Of a stretch of DNA of 64,000 bases, positions 18,506 to 29,162 are shown piece after piece. Both the position numbers and the translations under genes were made by a program. The notes below the pieces were generated by a model, which searched no databases, had not been told where the DNA came from, and saw only the letters and a program-made list of their open reading frames with translations. Location of the stretch: positions 192 to 64,191 of the forward strand of contig CALMKH010000049.1 of NCBI GenBank assembly GCA_937867025.1, written 5' to 3'. Positions within the stretch are counted from its first letter, which is position 1, and every line of letters begins with the position of its first letter. The DNA comes from an uncultured Bacteroidota bacterium (lineage in GTDB: Bacteria > Bacteroidota > Bacteroidia > NS11-12g > UBA955).

Positions 18506-19843
18506 ATGATGAAAGAAAAAATAGCCATCATCGGCGGAGGCTTATGCGGTTCACTCCTGGCAATCTGCCTTGCAAAAAGAGGGTTCAGTATTGACCTGTA
18601 CGAACGCCGGGGCGATATCCGGAAAGGCCAGGCTGAAGCAGGCCGTTCCATTAACCTGGCACTTTCAACCCGTGGAATTGAGGCGCTCAACAAGGTAGGG
18701 CTTGCGGAAAAAATGCTCGGTGAAGCTATTCCGATGAATGGCCGTCAAATGCACAATATACTTGGGGAGCTCACTTATCAGCCTTACGGGAAACACGGAC
18801 AGTATATCAACTCTGTCTCGCGGTCCGATCTGAACATAAAACTCCTTGAACTTGCCGATTCGTACGATAATGTCACTCTTTACTTCAATCACCGCTGCGT
18901 CGATGCAGATCTTGACAACAATGTTGCGATCGTGGAAAATGACAAGCATCAACGGATCGAGGTAAAGGCAGACATTATGTTTGGTACGGATGGGGCCTTT
19001 TCGGCCGTCAGGACCGAAATGCAGAAAACCCTGAGGTTTAATTATTCCCAGACCTATGAAAATTACGGATATAAGGAACTCGAGATAGTTGCGGGGCCGA
19101 ACGGGGAATTTCAGATCGAAAAGAATGTCCTGCATATTTGGCCAAGGGGTGAGTTTATGATGATTGCCTTACCAAATCCCGGCGGCAACTTCACCTGCAC
19201 CCTGTTCCTTGCGCATGAAGGAGAGAACAGTTTTGAAAAACTGACAACGGAAGAAGAAGTGACTGCATTCTTTAATCTCAATTTTCCGGATGCCGTACCA
19301 TTAATGCCTAACCTGCTGCACGACTTCTTTTCGAACCCGACCGGTAACCTTGTGACCATACGTTGCAATCCGTGGGTTTATAAGAATTTTGTCCTGATGG
19401 GTGATGCCGCGCATGCTGTCATACCATTTTACGGGCAAGGGATGAACTGCAGCTTTGAAGATGTAAAGGAATTCGACGAAATCCTCGGAGCACATTACCC
19501 TGACTGGCAGGCCGTCTTTGAAAAATACCAGGAAGCGAGGATCATTAATGCCAATGCCATAGCAGATCTTGCCTGCAAAAACTTCGTTGAAATGCGCGAC
19601 CTGGTCGGCCGAAAGGATTTCATGCATTTCAAGCATGTTGAGCACGATCTGTCCGAGTTATACCCCGAATTGTTCAAGAGCCAGTACTCCCTCGTAACTT
19701 TTTCCACCAAGCCATACTCATACGCTCTTGGACAGGGATTCAGAAATGAGGCATTGATCAACTACATCATAGAGCATAAGCTTGAGACTGAACTTACAGA
19801 CCGCAATGTGATGCTACCCCTGTTCAAGGATTTCCTGGGCTAG
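18506..19843 (+). CDS. kmo: Kynurenine 3-monooxygenase
   Basis: GGGLCG, GRSINLALS.RG, GYKEL, LHIWPR and GDAAHA..PFYGQGMN. Confidence 0.93.
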   Translation: MMKEKIAIIGGGLCGSLLAICLAKRGFSIDLYERRGDIRKGQAEAGRSINLALSTRGIEALNKVGLAEKMLGEAIPMNGRQMHNILGELTYQPYGKHGQYINSVSRSDLNIKLLELADSYDNVTLYFNHRCVDADLDNNVAIVENDKHQRIEVKADIMFGTDGAFSAVRTEMQKTLRFNYSQTYENYGYKELEIVAGPNGEFQIEKNVLHIWPRGEFMMIALPNPGGNFTCTLFLAHEGENSFEKLTTEEEVTAFFNLNFPDAVPLMPNLLHDFFSNPTGNLVTIRCNPWVYKNFVLMGDAAHAVIPFYGQGMNCSFEDVKEFDEILGAHYPDWQAVFEKYQEARIINANAIADLACKNFVEMRDLVGRKDFMHFKHVEHDLSELYPELFKSQYSLVTFSTKPYSYALGQGFRNEALINYIIEHKLETELTDRNVMLPLFKDFLG

Positions 19844-19845
19844 GA

Positions 19846-20445
19846 TCATACCAATTTGCGGAATATGTCATTTACTCTTATTTTGAGGCCCGGGAATAAC
19901 GTGGATCTGATAAGCTGGCCTTCAACATAGGGTTTTATTCCAACGTATTTCCTGTCCTGTAAGGCGAATGTCAGGACCATGCGCTTATCGGGGTCTATCA
20001 TCCAGTATTCCTTAATGGCAGCTTCTTCGTAAATTTCATATTTTATGACGGTGTCATGCGCCGTATTACCGGGAGAAATAATTTCTACTACAAGATCAGG
20101 TGAACCGTTGCAGCCAAGCTTGTCTAGCTTTGAGCCATCGCATATGATGGAAATATCAGGCTGCACTACCGTATAGTTTTTTCCCGGCTTGACTATCGGC
20201 AACCTGACATCAAAAGGCGCCAGGAAAACATTGCAGGGCTTCTCACGGAAAAAATTCAGAAAATGCATGCCCAGGTTGGAAAGTATGGCCTGGTGATTCG
20301 TACTGGGAGCAGGAGCCATTTTAAACACCTTGCCCCTGATCAGCTCTACACGTTCCTTAAACTGCCAGCGCAGATAATCCACATAGGAATATGTGCGGTT
20401 CAGGTCAAGGCTTCCATAATCACTCACAGGCTCTTCCACTTTCAT
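19846..20445 (-). CDS. Uma2 family (DUF820) endonuclease-like protein
   Basis: ELIRG..MAPAP..HQ, APFDV, VQPD, PDLVVEIISP and EYWMIDP. Confidence 0.9.
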   Translation of the reverse strand: MKVEEPVSDYGSLDLNRTYSYVDYLRWQFKERVELIRGKVFKMAPAPSTNHQAILSNLGMHFLNFFREKPCNVFLAPFDVRLPIVKPGKNYTVVQPDISIICDGSKLDKLGCNGSPDLVVEIISPGNTAHDTVIKYEIYEEAAIKEYWMIDPDKRMVLTFALQDRKYVGIKPYVEGQLIRSTLFPGLKIRVNDIFRKLV

Positions 20446-20515
20446 ACTTCAAAGCTAGAATTTTCTTTCGGCTTTAAAAAGTTTTTTACTCCAAACTATA
20501 GCAAAATACGCCTTT

Positions 20516-21736
20516 TCACGTATTCTGAGTGAATTCAAAAAACAAATCCCAATATCCGGGAAAAGATTTCCTGACAACCTCTTCATCGTCAATAACGGTA
20601 TCTTTTGAAAATGCAAAAATGCTGCAAGCCATGGCAATACGATGGTCACCGAAGGATTTGAAACGGTATTGGCGTATATCCGGAACAACGCCGTATTCCA
20701 GGAGTACCTTATCATCACCTTCATGCTGCAAATGCACAGCCACCTGTTCGAGATTCACCTGCATGGCATTCACTCTGTCACTTTCCTTTAACCGCAGGTT
20801 TTTTATCCCGGTAAAACCGGCGGGTATCCTCAGTGCGGCACATACCGCACAAAGTGCAGGAAACATGTCAGGAATATGGGTTACATCTACTTCAAACTCT
20901 TTCACTGCATCACCTGTTTTCGATAACCTTATGCCTCTGCCCTCAATCGATGAGGACACCCCGAAACTCTCAAATATCTTGGCTGTCAGTGCATCGCCCT
21001 GTAGTGATCGCATATCGAGATTATCAATCAACAGATTCACTTCATCAGAAACTGCCGCCATGGCATAAATAAATGTCGCAGCGCTCCAGTCAGACTCGAT
21101 TTCCGGACTATCTGCAAGCACATACGGCCCCGGCTGAACACTATATGTGCCGTTGCCTTCCCGGACCTCAACACCTGCCTTTCTCATGGCATCCATTGTC
21201 AGATCAATATAAGGTTCTGAGCTTATTCTACCTGAGGATATTATAGTCAATCCTCTGTCAAAAGCAGGCGCGATCAGCAGTAAGGCGCTTAAGAACTGGC
21301 TGCTCATGCCTGCATCGATAACCACTTCATTCCTGCTGATATCAATTCCTTTTTTAATCACCAGCGGAAGACTATACGGTTCCTGCAAATATCCGAACTC
21401 AGCACCCAACTGTTCCAACGCTTTCAGCAAGGGTGCCAAAGGCCTTTTCCTCAACCCCGGAAACCCGTCTATGCTTACGCGCAGATCTTTCAGGCAGGCA
21501 TAGGCCAGGTAAAGACGTAACGGCGTACCCGCATCTTCAAAGTTCCTCTCATCATTTTCCGCTTCCAGCGCCTGCTGCAGAATCATGGTATCATGACTGG
21601 CGGACAAATTTTTGATCTGCGTATCTGATCCCTCAATGGCTCTGATAATCAGGTAACGGTTCGATAAACTTTTGGAAGCTGGCAGAACAATATTGCCTTG
21701 CAGTCTTTTATGAGTGACCATCGGGATTTCAAGCAT
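20516..21736 (-). CDS. aroA: 3-phosphoshikimate 1-carboxyvinyltransferase (EPSP synthase); start uncertain
   Basis: SKSLSNR, AGTPLR, SSQFLSA, KESDR and DHRIAM. Confidence 0.93.
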   Translation of the reverse strand: MLEIPMVTHKRLQGNIVLPASKSLSNRYLIIRAIEGSDTQIKNLSASHDTMILQQALEAENDERNFEDAGTPLRLYLAYACLKDLRVSIDGFPGLRKRPLAPLLKALEQLGAEFGYLQEPYSLPLVIKKGIDISRNEVVIDAGMSSQFLSALLLIAPAFDRGLTIISSGRISSEPYIDLTMDAMRKAGVEVREGNGTYSVQPGPYVLADSPEIESDWSAATFIYAMAAVSDEVNLLIDNLDMRSLQGDALTAKIFESFGVSSSIEGRGIRLSKTGDAVKEFEVDVTHIPDMFPALCAVCAALRIPAGFTGIKNLRLKESDRVNAMQVNLEQVAVHLQHEGDDKVLLEYGVVPDIRQYRFKSFGDHRIAMACSIFAFSKDTVIDDEEVVRKSFPGYWDLFFEFTQNT

Positions 21737-21813
21737 AATTCGGGAAGGCACAGCCTTGCTGCAATATTAATTTTTTTTTTACAGAGTCCGTAAATACATT
21801 AATTTCGCGAGCG

Positions 21814-22815
21814 GTGAGCAAAGGAAAAATTGGAATTATCGGTAATGGTAGCTGGGCAACCGCCCTTGTCAAGATATTGTGCGACAATGAAATCGACAAA
21901 TCCCTGCTGTGGTGGCTTCGCAAACCTGATGATGTGCAGTTCATGAACACCTACAGGCATAATCCGCGTTACCTGACCGACGTGGAAATTGACCTGGAAA
22001 AAATAAAGCTGACCGACGATCTGGAGGCAACTATCCGCGAAAGCGACATACTGCTCATTGCCGTACCCTCAGCTTTTGTGCACGATGTCCTTAAAAACCT
22101 GGATGCGGCCATTTTTAAAGGGAAGAGCCTTATTTCCGCAGTCAAGGGAGTGAACCCCGAAACCCACCAGATCATCAGTCATTATTTTGAAATGGTTTGG
22201 CATGTGCCTCCTTCCATGATATCGGCCATAAGCGGTCCGTGTCATGCCGAAGAAGTGGCCATGGAAAAACTGAGTTACCTCACCGTTGCATCCATTGATG
22301 AAACATTTGCCGACGCCATAGCTTCCATGCTTGATTGCAGGTATATTTTTGCAAAGACCACGACCGATATTTACGGCATAGAATACGCGGCGGTGCTGAA
22401 AAATGTCTATGCCATTGCCTGCGGTATCTGCCATGGGCTGGGATACGGAGATAACTTCCAGTCGGTGCTGGTTTCCGCGGCATCAAGAGAAACGGAACGC
22501 TTCCTTGAAGAAAGTCACCAGACACACAGGGATGTGAAGGAAAATGCATATTTAGGCGACCTGCTTGTAACGGCATATTCGCAGTTCAGCCGTAACAGGA
22601 CCTTCGGCAATATGCTGGGCAAGGGTTACACGGTTAAAAGCGCCCAGATGGAAATGAACATGATCGCTGAAGGGTTTTATGCGACAAAAACCATGAAGGA
22701 GGTAAACGAGGATGTGAAAGCGGATACCCCTATCCTGGATGCTGTATATGATATCATCTATAACCACAGGCCTGCCAAACGGGTAATGCAGGAACTGACA
22801 AAAAAAATCATTTAA
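21814..22815 (+). CDS. gpsA: NAD(P)H-dependent glycerol-3-phosphate dehydrogenase
   Basis: GNGSWATA, SGPCHAEE, LKNVYAI and GDLLVT..S..SRN. Confidence 0.95.
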   Translation: MSKGKIGIIGNGSWATALVKILCDNEIDKSLLWWLRKPDDVQFMNTYRHNPRYLTDVEIDLEKIKLTDDLEATIRESDILLIAVPSAFVHDVLKNLDAAIFKGKSLISAVKGVNPETHQIISHYFEMVWHVPPSMISAISGPCHAEEVAMEKLSYLTVASIDETFADAIASMLDCRYIFAKTTTDIYGIEYAAVLKNVYAIACGICHGLGYGDNFQSVLVSAASRETERFLEESHQTHRDVKENAYLGDLLVTAYSQFSRNRTFGNMLGKGYTVKSAQMEMNMIAEGFYATKTMKEVNEDVKADTPILDAVYDIIYNHRPAKRVMQELTKKII

Positions 22816-22845
22816 CCTACTAACACACCTTCTGAATACACATCC

Positions 22846-24513
22846 ATGCTTGACAACCGGGACATATCAGAAATACTCTCACATTACGCAAAACTGTATG
22901 AACTGCACGATGGCAATCCGTTTAAGGTAAAAGCTACATCCGCAGCTGCATTCAATATTAAAAAACTTGGGGAACGCCTCGCCGATATGAGCCTTGAGCA
23001 GCTTATGCAGGTGCCGCAATTGGGAAAAAGCCTGGCCCCGAAAGTTTATGATATCATACAAACGGGCACTTTTGCCGACCTTGACAAACTTCTTGAAATC
23101 ACTCCGAAAGGCGTGCAGGACATTCTTCGTATCAAAGGCCTGGGCCCCAAAAAGGTAGAACTTTTATGGAAAACTGCCGGGATTACATCTATCCCCGAAC
23201 TTCTTGACGCCTGCCGCGAAAACCGCCTGGTTGAAGCGAAAGGTTTTGGTTACAAGACACAGGCACAGATATTGAGCGATATTGAATTTAAATTCAGCAG
23301 TGAGGGTAAATTTCACTGGGCCAGGGTGCAACCGGTTGCCGTGTTGCTGGAAAAGCTTCTAAAAGAATCTTCTGATGTCGGACAATATGAGTTTGCCGGG
23401 GATTACAGGCGTTTAAACGAGATCGTGGAAAGCCTTGACGTACTCGTGGTAAGCGATAATCTCCAGGCCGTTTGTGATGAACTGTCCGCCTCAGGATTCG
23501 AATTGCTCGATTGCGACGACTCAAAGTATATTTTGAAGTACGCCGAAGTCATGACAGTCAACCTGTACAGTTCGTCTTACGGGCGCTGGGGCAATGACTT
23601 ACTGGAAAAAACAGCCGCCCCGGAACATCTGGCGCTTATCAATTATCCAAGCCTTGGGGGAGACTTCGAGGACGAGGAAAGTATTTACAAATCGCTGAAC
23701 CTTCCCTACGTGTTACCCGAACTCAGGGAAGGATTAAATGAACTCGACCGGCTGGACAAACAGGATAAGCTTATCACGTTTAAGGATCTTAAAGGGGTTC
23801 TGCATAACCACAGCACCTATAGCGACGGGCTGCACACTCTGGAAGAAATGGCCAGGCACTCGAAAGACATGGGACTGGAATATCTCGGCATATGCGACCA
23901 TTCCCAGACTGCATTTTATGCCAACGGTTTGAAGCCTGAGAGAGTGATTGAACAAATGAAGGAAATAGATGCGCTTAATGCAAAAATGACTCCTTTCAGA
24001 ATCTTCAAGGGTATAGAGAGTGACATATTGAATGACGGCAGTCTCGATTATGCTCCCGATATGCTTGGCATGTTTGATTTTATTGTGGCAAGCATCCACA
24101 GCAACCTGGGTATGGATATGGAAAAAGCGAACACAAGGCTGAAGACAGCCATAGAAAATCCTTTTACCTGCATACTGGGTCATCCGACCGGAAGGCAACT
24201 GCTGATGCGTTCGGGTTACCCCATCGATCACAGGTATATTATTGATGCATGTATCGCCAACGGCGTTGCCATAGAACTGAATTCACACCCTTACAGGCTC
24301 GACCTGGACTGGCGTTGGATAGATTACGCACTGGAAAAGGGAGGTTGGATCAGCATAAATCCCGATGCCCACCAGAAAGACGCATTGGCGGACATGAAAT
24401 ACGGAGTAAATGTAGCCCGGAAAGGCTTCCTTACCCCTTCACAGTGCCTCAATGCCAAAACCCGGGATGAATTCAGCGCCTGGCTTGAAGCAAAAAGACG
24501 TTCAAGAGTATGA
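22846..24513 (+). CDS. polX: PolX-PHP (family X polymerase domain + PHP nuclease), altered polymerase site
   Basis: NPFK N-terminus, HhH GLGPKK, GDYRR; PHP motifs HNHSTYSDG, CDHS, GHPTGR and NPDAH. Confidence 0.92.
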   Translation: MLDNRDISEILSHYAKLYELHDGNPFKVKATSAAAFNIKKLGERLADMSLEQLMQVPQLGKSLAPKVYDIIQTGTFADLDKLLEITPKGVQDILRIKGLGPKKVELLWKTAGITSIPELLDACRENRLVEAKGFGYKTQAQILSDIEFKFSSEGKFHWARVQPVAVLLEKLLKESSDVGQYEFAGDYRRLNEIVESLDVLVVSDNLQAVCDELSASGFELLDCDDSKYILKYAEVMTVNLYSSSYGRWGNDLLEKTAAPEHLALINYPSLGGDFEDEESIYKSLNLPYVLPELREGLNELDRLDKQDKLITFKDLKGVLHNHSTYSDGLHTLEEMARHSKDMGLEYLGICDHSQTAFYANGLKPERVIEQMKEIDALNAKMTPFRIFKGIESDILNDGSLDYAPDMLGMFDFIVASIHSNLGMDMEKANTRLKTAIENPFTCILGHPTGRQLLMRSGYPIDHRYIIDACIANGVAIELNSHPYRLDLDWRWIDYALEKGGWISINPDAHQKDALADMKYGVNVARKGFLTPSQCLNAKTRDEFSAWLEAKRRSRV

Positions 24514-25454
24514 AAATACTGATATTGCGTTTCAGTTCCATCGGCGACATCGTCCTCACCAGCCCGGTCATGCGCTGCATCAAAACACGCTTCCCTCATT
24601 ATACCGTTCATTTTGCCACAAAGAAACAGTTCGCATCCCTCCTGAAGTATAATCCTTATGTGGACAAACTCCATTTGCTGGAAGGAAGCCTGAGCGACTT
24701 TTGCAAAGAGCTGAAAGATGAGAAATTCGACGTGATACTCGACCTTCATCACAACCTTAGAACCCTCTCCATCTGGAGCAGCTTAAGAATCAGGCGCCAT
24801 TCGGTGGATAAGCTCAACTGGGAAAAATGGCTGATGGTGCGATTCAAGATCAATATCCTTCCATACGTACACATTGTCGACAGGTACATGGAAACAGCCA
24901 GGCACCTGGGCGTGGACAATGACGGAAAAGGGCTTGACTTCTTTATAGACCCCAACGAAACAATCAGTCATCTTTCCATTCCTGAAAGGTACAGCGTTTA
25001 TGCCATCGGGGGACAGCACAACACCAAAAAACTGCCGTTTGAAAAGCAGGTGGAACTGCTGTCTAAAATTCCCATGCCGGTTATGCTGATCGGAGGAAAA
25101 GAAGATGCAGGGCAAGGCGAGAAACTCTCAGCCGTTTCGGCAAATGTCTTGAATTTTTGCGGGAAACTCAGCATACATCAAAGCGCGCTGCTCATGCAAG
25201 GTGCTGAAAGGATATACTCTCATGACACAGGCATGATGCACATTGCGGCGGCTTTAAAAAAACCTGTTGTTTCCATCTGGGGCAATACCATTCCCGAATT
25301 CGGAATGACTCCGTATTATCCGTCTGATTTTCCAAAAAAATCAGGGGTAATAAAAGAAGTTGTGGGTCTTGATTGCAGGCCCTGCAGCAAGATAGGCTTT
25401 GAAAAATGCCCACTGGGACATTTCAACTGCATGATGCAGCAGGAGTTTGACTGA
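24510..25454 (+). CDS. Glycosyltransferase family 9 (heptosyltransferase-like)
   Basis: ILRFSSIGDIV, DLH, HDTGMMHIAAA and CRPCSKIG..CP.GHF.C. Confidence 0.92.
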   Translation: MKILILRFSSIGDIVLTSPVMRCIKTRFPHYTVHFATKKQFASLLKYNPYVDKLHLLEGSLSDFCKELKDEKFDVILDLHHNLRTLSIWSSLRIRRHSVDKLNWEKWLMVRFKINILPYVHIVDRYMETARHLGVDNDGKGLDFFIDPNETISHLSIPERYSVYAIGGQHNTKKLPFEKQVELLSKIPMPVMLIGGKEDAGQGEKLSAVSANVLNFCGKLSIHQSALLMQGAERIYSHDTGMMHIAAALKKPVVSIWGNTIPEFGMTPYYPSDFPKKSGVIKEVVGLDCRPCSKIGFEKCPLGHFNCMMQQEFD

Positions 25455-25507
25455 CATGCAGGGCATCCTGCAGGAATTCATTTTAGTAACAGAAAACTTC
25501 AGTGAAA

Positions 25508-27541
25508 TCAATACAGCACATGACATGCGGTTGAGTATGATCTCTGAACAGGGCGTTTATTGATGAAGCCTTGCGCTTCTGCTTTAAGCATATATACTCC
25601 TGGCGGAACAGTTCTGCCTTTATATTGTCCGTCCCAGGAAGGCTCACCCTCATATACCAGTTCGCCCCAGACATTGAATACCCGGATGGATATTGCCGTA
25701 TGATTGCCGGCTGTTACGTTAAGTACATCATTTACTCCGTCGCCATTGGGACTGAATGCATTCGGCAGAAAGACCCTAAGATCGCAACGGGATTCAACAA
25801 TGGTTCTGTCATTCCCTTTACAACCGCGGTAATCCTTCACTACCACATAATAATTCCCTTTCCGGTCAACCTCTATCCAATGGGTCGTATCGTTTGTGGG
25901 ATACCACAGATACGTCTTATGTCCTTTGCCTGCGTCGAGCTTCACAAGTTCTTTTTCCTCCTCGCAGATGTAATAATTGTCGCCGAGCAGCAATTCAAGG
26001 GTGGGATAAAATCCTATCCGGATTGAATCGTAAGTTTTGCATCCAAGCCTGTTCACTTCCCTGATGTATATTCCGGCGGTCCTGACATAAATGGCCGCTG
26101 TACTCTCGCCGGTATTCCATGTATAAAGCGCGTTGGGAACCGTGTACCCTACCCTTAATGAATCGCCTGCACATAATGTACTGTCGTTTCCAAGCGGGAA
26201 ACGCCTGGTATCACTAACGTTCACCGCAAAATAAAACGTATCCCGGCTGTTACAGGAATAGATTACCGCAAAAGGTTCATAATAACCAGGCTGGTACAGA
26301 TGATTCGTTGTAAAATCAGCACTGCTCAATCCCTTCTTCAGTGTGTCATTATAGAACCAGCGCATACTGTCAATGGCAGAACTGTCGCCTTCAAACCTGA
26401 AGTTGACTGCCCGGACATTACAGATAACTTCATCCACTTCCAGCGTGAATCCTTTATTTTCCCTGCAGGTGCCGGTATGATTGATAACCAGGTTCGGCAC
26501 TTCAAAATAGGCTATGCCTGCAAGGCGCAGGTAATTCTCACGGTAATTGCAGCCTGCACCCTTGATATCCGGATTCAGAACCACGTCAATCTTGTTTGAC
26601 GGAATACTGTTAATATGCGTGGTAATATATAATTTACCGTCAGGCCCGCAGGCGATCTGGTTAAAGTTCTCAGGACTTGTTGCGATCAGGGTAAAATCGT
26701 TCACATTGTTTGCATCATATTGCACAAGCTGGCTTTCGGCATACCCGAATGTAACATAAATCAGCTTGTCATCCGGTGAAAATGCGATACCGTGTGTTCT
26801 GTCCCAACCCTCTTTAACAGGCAGCAATTCCCTGCCCGAACCCACCTTTCCACAAAGCTTGTCAAAACTAAATATCTGGGGTTCGAGAAAATCATCCTGA
26901 ATTTCCGCGTAGGTTGTAAGAGCCAGCTTTTCCCCATTGTTTGATGACACAAAATCACCCATATAGGTTGTCGTTGTAACAAAATGATTGGCAGAAACCA
27001 CGGGTTGGTCTATCGTGCCGTCTGGATGAACGAGGTAGGCGCAGAAAAAATACCCATCGAGGGTTATTAGCCAATATGATTCGCCAATGCAATGTCTGAC
27101 AGCTGTCATCCGGTTAATGCTTGACCTGAGAGGGAAAGCCTGTTTCCGGATCAACTTTCCCCTGCCACCATTGGCCTCCATATCAATGATGTAATAGGTG
27201 CTGAAATTAAAAACGATAAAACGGTTTTTGAACTTTTTCAGTGGAATAATGACCATGTCCCTGGCCCCGCTTGTTACCAGCGGCGAATCGATAAGCTCAC
27301 CATGACGGTTCCAGAAACCGGTGCCATTTGTATAGAACAACAGCTCACCGGTAAGTTCATCGCTTACGGAGGCTCCATTGCCATAAAAATTCATCTTGCT
27401 GTCAGTTTTGACAGTCGGGGGATCCGTACTAAAGTCAAGAGCGGCTTTTTGCCCGAAATACCAGTTATTGTTGTATCTGGGCTGGGCTTCAGCTTGCAGG
27501 ACTGAAAAAAGCAGGCAATATGTCAAGAGCCGGAGATACAT
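25508..27541 (-). CDS. T9SS type B (gliding motility-associated CTD) secreted beta-propeller/PKD protein
   Basis: Signal peptide, NWYFG, GPDGKLY and C-terminal PNAFSPNGDGVND..FNVWGELVY..WDG..GVY. Confidence 0.9.
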   Translation of the reverse strand: MYLRLLTYCLLFSVLQAEAQPRYNNNWYFGQKAALDFSTDPPTVKTDSKMNFYGNGASVSDELTGELLFYTNGTGFWNRHGELIDSPLVTSGARDMVIIPLKKFKNRFIVFNFSTYYIIDMEANGGRGKLIRKQAFPLRSSINRMTAVRHCIGESYWLITLDGYFFCAYLVHPDGTIDQPVVSANHFVTTTTYMGDFVSSNNGEKLALTTYAEIQDDFLEPQIFSFDKLCGKVGSGRELLPVKEGWDRTHGIAFSPDDKLIYVTFGYAESQLVQYDANNVNDFTLIATSPENFNQIACGPDGKLYITTHINSIPSNKIDVVLNPDIKGAGCNYRENYLRLAGIAYFEVPNLVINHTGTCRENKGFTLEVDEVICNVRAVNFRFEGDSSAIDSMRWFYNDTLKKGLSSADFTTNHLYQPGYYEPFAVIYSCNSRDTFYFAVNVSDTRRFPLGNDSTLCAGDSLRVGYTVPNALYTWNTGESTAAIYVRTAGIYIREVNRLGCKTYDSIRIGFYPTLELLLGDNYYICEEEKELVKLDAGKGHKTYLWYPTNDTTHWIEVDRKGNYYVVVKDYRGCKGNDRTIVESRCDLRVFLPNAFSPNGDGVNDVLNVTAGNHTAISIRVFNVWGELVYEGEPSWDGQYKGRTVPPGVYMLKAEAQGFINKRPVQRSYSTACHVLY

Positions 27542-27598
27542 TCTTTTTATATCAGACGATTTTTTCGTGCCTGTTGTTGCATCCCCCAGTGAGAATTT

Positions 27599-29017
27599 TT
27601 ATCCCACGTCGGGGTTACCTATCATATTCTCAGGTCTTACCCACTCGTCAAACTGCTCATTGGTCAGCAGACCCAGATCAAGGGCTGCTTTGCGCAGGCT
27701 TGTGTTTTCCTTATGTGCCTTTTTGGCAATTTTGGCGGCATTTTCGTACCCTATGTGCGGATTCAGGGCCGTAACAAGCATCAGGGAATTTTCCAGCTTA
27801 TGCTTTATCTCCGGCAGGTTCGGCTCGATACCGGCAGCACAATTGATGTCAAAGCTCAGGGCGGCCTCCCCCAGCAACCTGGCCGACTGCAGAACATTGG
27901 CCGCTATCATCGGCTTGAATACGTTCAGTTCGAAATGACCATTGGACCCGCCAATCGTCACAGCCACGTCATTTCCCATGACCTGGGCACATACCATTGT
28001 CAGCGCCTCGCATTGGGTAGGGTTCACCTTTCCGGGCATGATGCTGCTTCCCGGTTCATTATCAGGAATGAATATCTCTCCAATGCCGCTGCGCGGACCA
28101 CTGCTCAGCATCCTGATATCATTGCCGATCTTCATCAGGCTGACGGCCACGCGTTTAAGGGCGCCGTGCAGCTCAACCATGGCATCATGCGCGGCAAGAG
28201 CTTCAAATTTATTTTCTGCAGTGACTATTGGCAGGCCTGAAAGCTCTGCAATAGTTTTTGCCACCAGTTCAGCATATCCTTTGGGGGTGTTGATACCGGT
28301 TCCGACTGCCGTTCCTCCCAACGCTATTTCAGAAGCTGATACCAGGCTGGAATTGATGCAATCAATACCTTTTCTCAACTGCTGCACATAACCCGAGAAT
28401 TCCTGGCCAAGCGTTATAGGTGTGGCGTCCATGAAATGTGTGCGGCCTATCTTGATAATATCCCTGAACTCCCTCGCTTTATGTTTTAAGGTTGTTTTTA
28501 GCGCCTGTATGCCGGGAATGGTATAGTCGACTACCTGCTTGTATGCAGCTATGCTCATGGCAGTCGGGAAGGTATCATTGCTGCTTTGGGATTTATTAAC
28601 ATCATCATTCGGATGAAGCACTTTATGCTCATCCGTCAGCTTACCTCCCTGCATGACATGCGCCCGGTTGGCAATTACCTCATTCACATTCATGTTGCTT
28701 TGCGTTCCACTGCCGGTTTGCCAGATCACCAGCGGAAACTGGTCATCGTGCATACCTTCAAGAATCTCGTCGCAGACAGAGCATATCAGGTCGCATTTGG
28801 TGAGCGAAAGGACGCCAAGTTTATTATTGGTTATGGCAGCTGCTTTTTTCAGGACGGCGAACGCCCTGATAATCTCGATCGGCATCTTCTGGTTGCCAAT
28901 CCTGAAATTCTGTAATGATCGCTGGGTCTGCGCTCCCCAATACACATCTGCAGGTACTTTCACCTCCCCCATGGTATCGTGTTCTATCCTGAATTCTGTT
29001 GCGGTGGTCTTGTTCAT
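27599..29017 (-). CDS. fumC: Class II fumarate hydratase
   Basis: [22 protein letters not shown] and [11 protein letters not shown]. Confidence 0.98.
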   Translation of the reverse strand: MNKTTATEFRIEHDTMGEVKVPADVYWGAQTQRSLQNFRIGNQKMPIEIIRAFAVLKKAAAITNNKLGVLSLTKCDLICSVCDEILEGMHDDQFPLVIWQTGSGTQSNMNVNEVIANRAHVMQGGKLTDEHKVLHPNDDVNKSQSSNDTFPTAMSIAAYKQVVDYTIPGIQALKTTLKHKAREFRDIIKIGRTHFMDATPITLGQEFSGYVQQLRKGIDCINSSLVSASEIALGGTAVGTGINTPKGYAELVAKTIAELSGLPIVTAENKFEALAAHDAMVELHGALKRVAVSLMKIGNDIRMLSSGPRSGIGEIFIPDNEPGSSIMPGKVNPTQCEALTMVCAQVMGNDVAVTIGGSNGHFELNVFKPMIAANVLQSARLLGEAALSFDINCAAGIEPNLPEIKHKLENSLMLVTALNPHIGYENAAKIAKKAHKENTSLRKAALDLGLLTNEQFDEWVRPENMIGNPDVG

Positions 29018-29162
29018 GATTTAATTGAAATTGGACGGCAAATTTAACCATTATGGCTAAAATACGCTAAAAAAAGAGAAAAAACCTTGAGGGGAACATA
29101 CATTCTTCCTGTCAAACAAATTTTATACAATCTCTTTTTTTCCGTATGTTTGCCTTTCACAT

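Noticed and set aside
19846..20445. Uma2 gene as a defence or mobile system
   Set aside because: Solitary, common in Bacteroidota, with no methyltransferase, repeats or partner genes adjacent.
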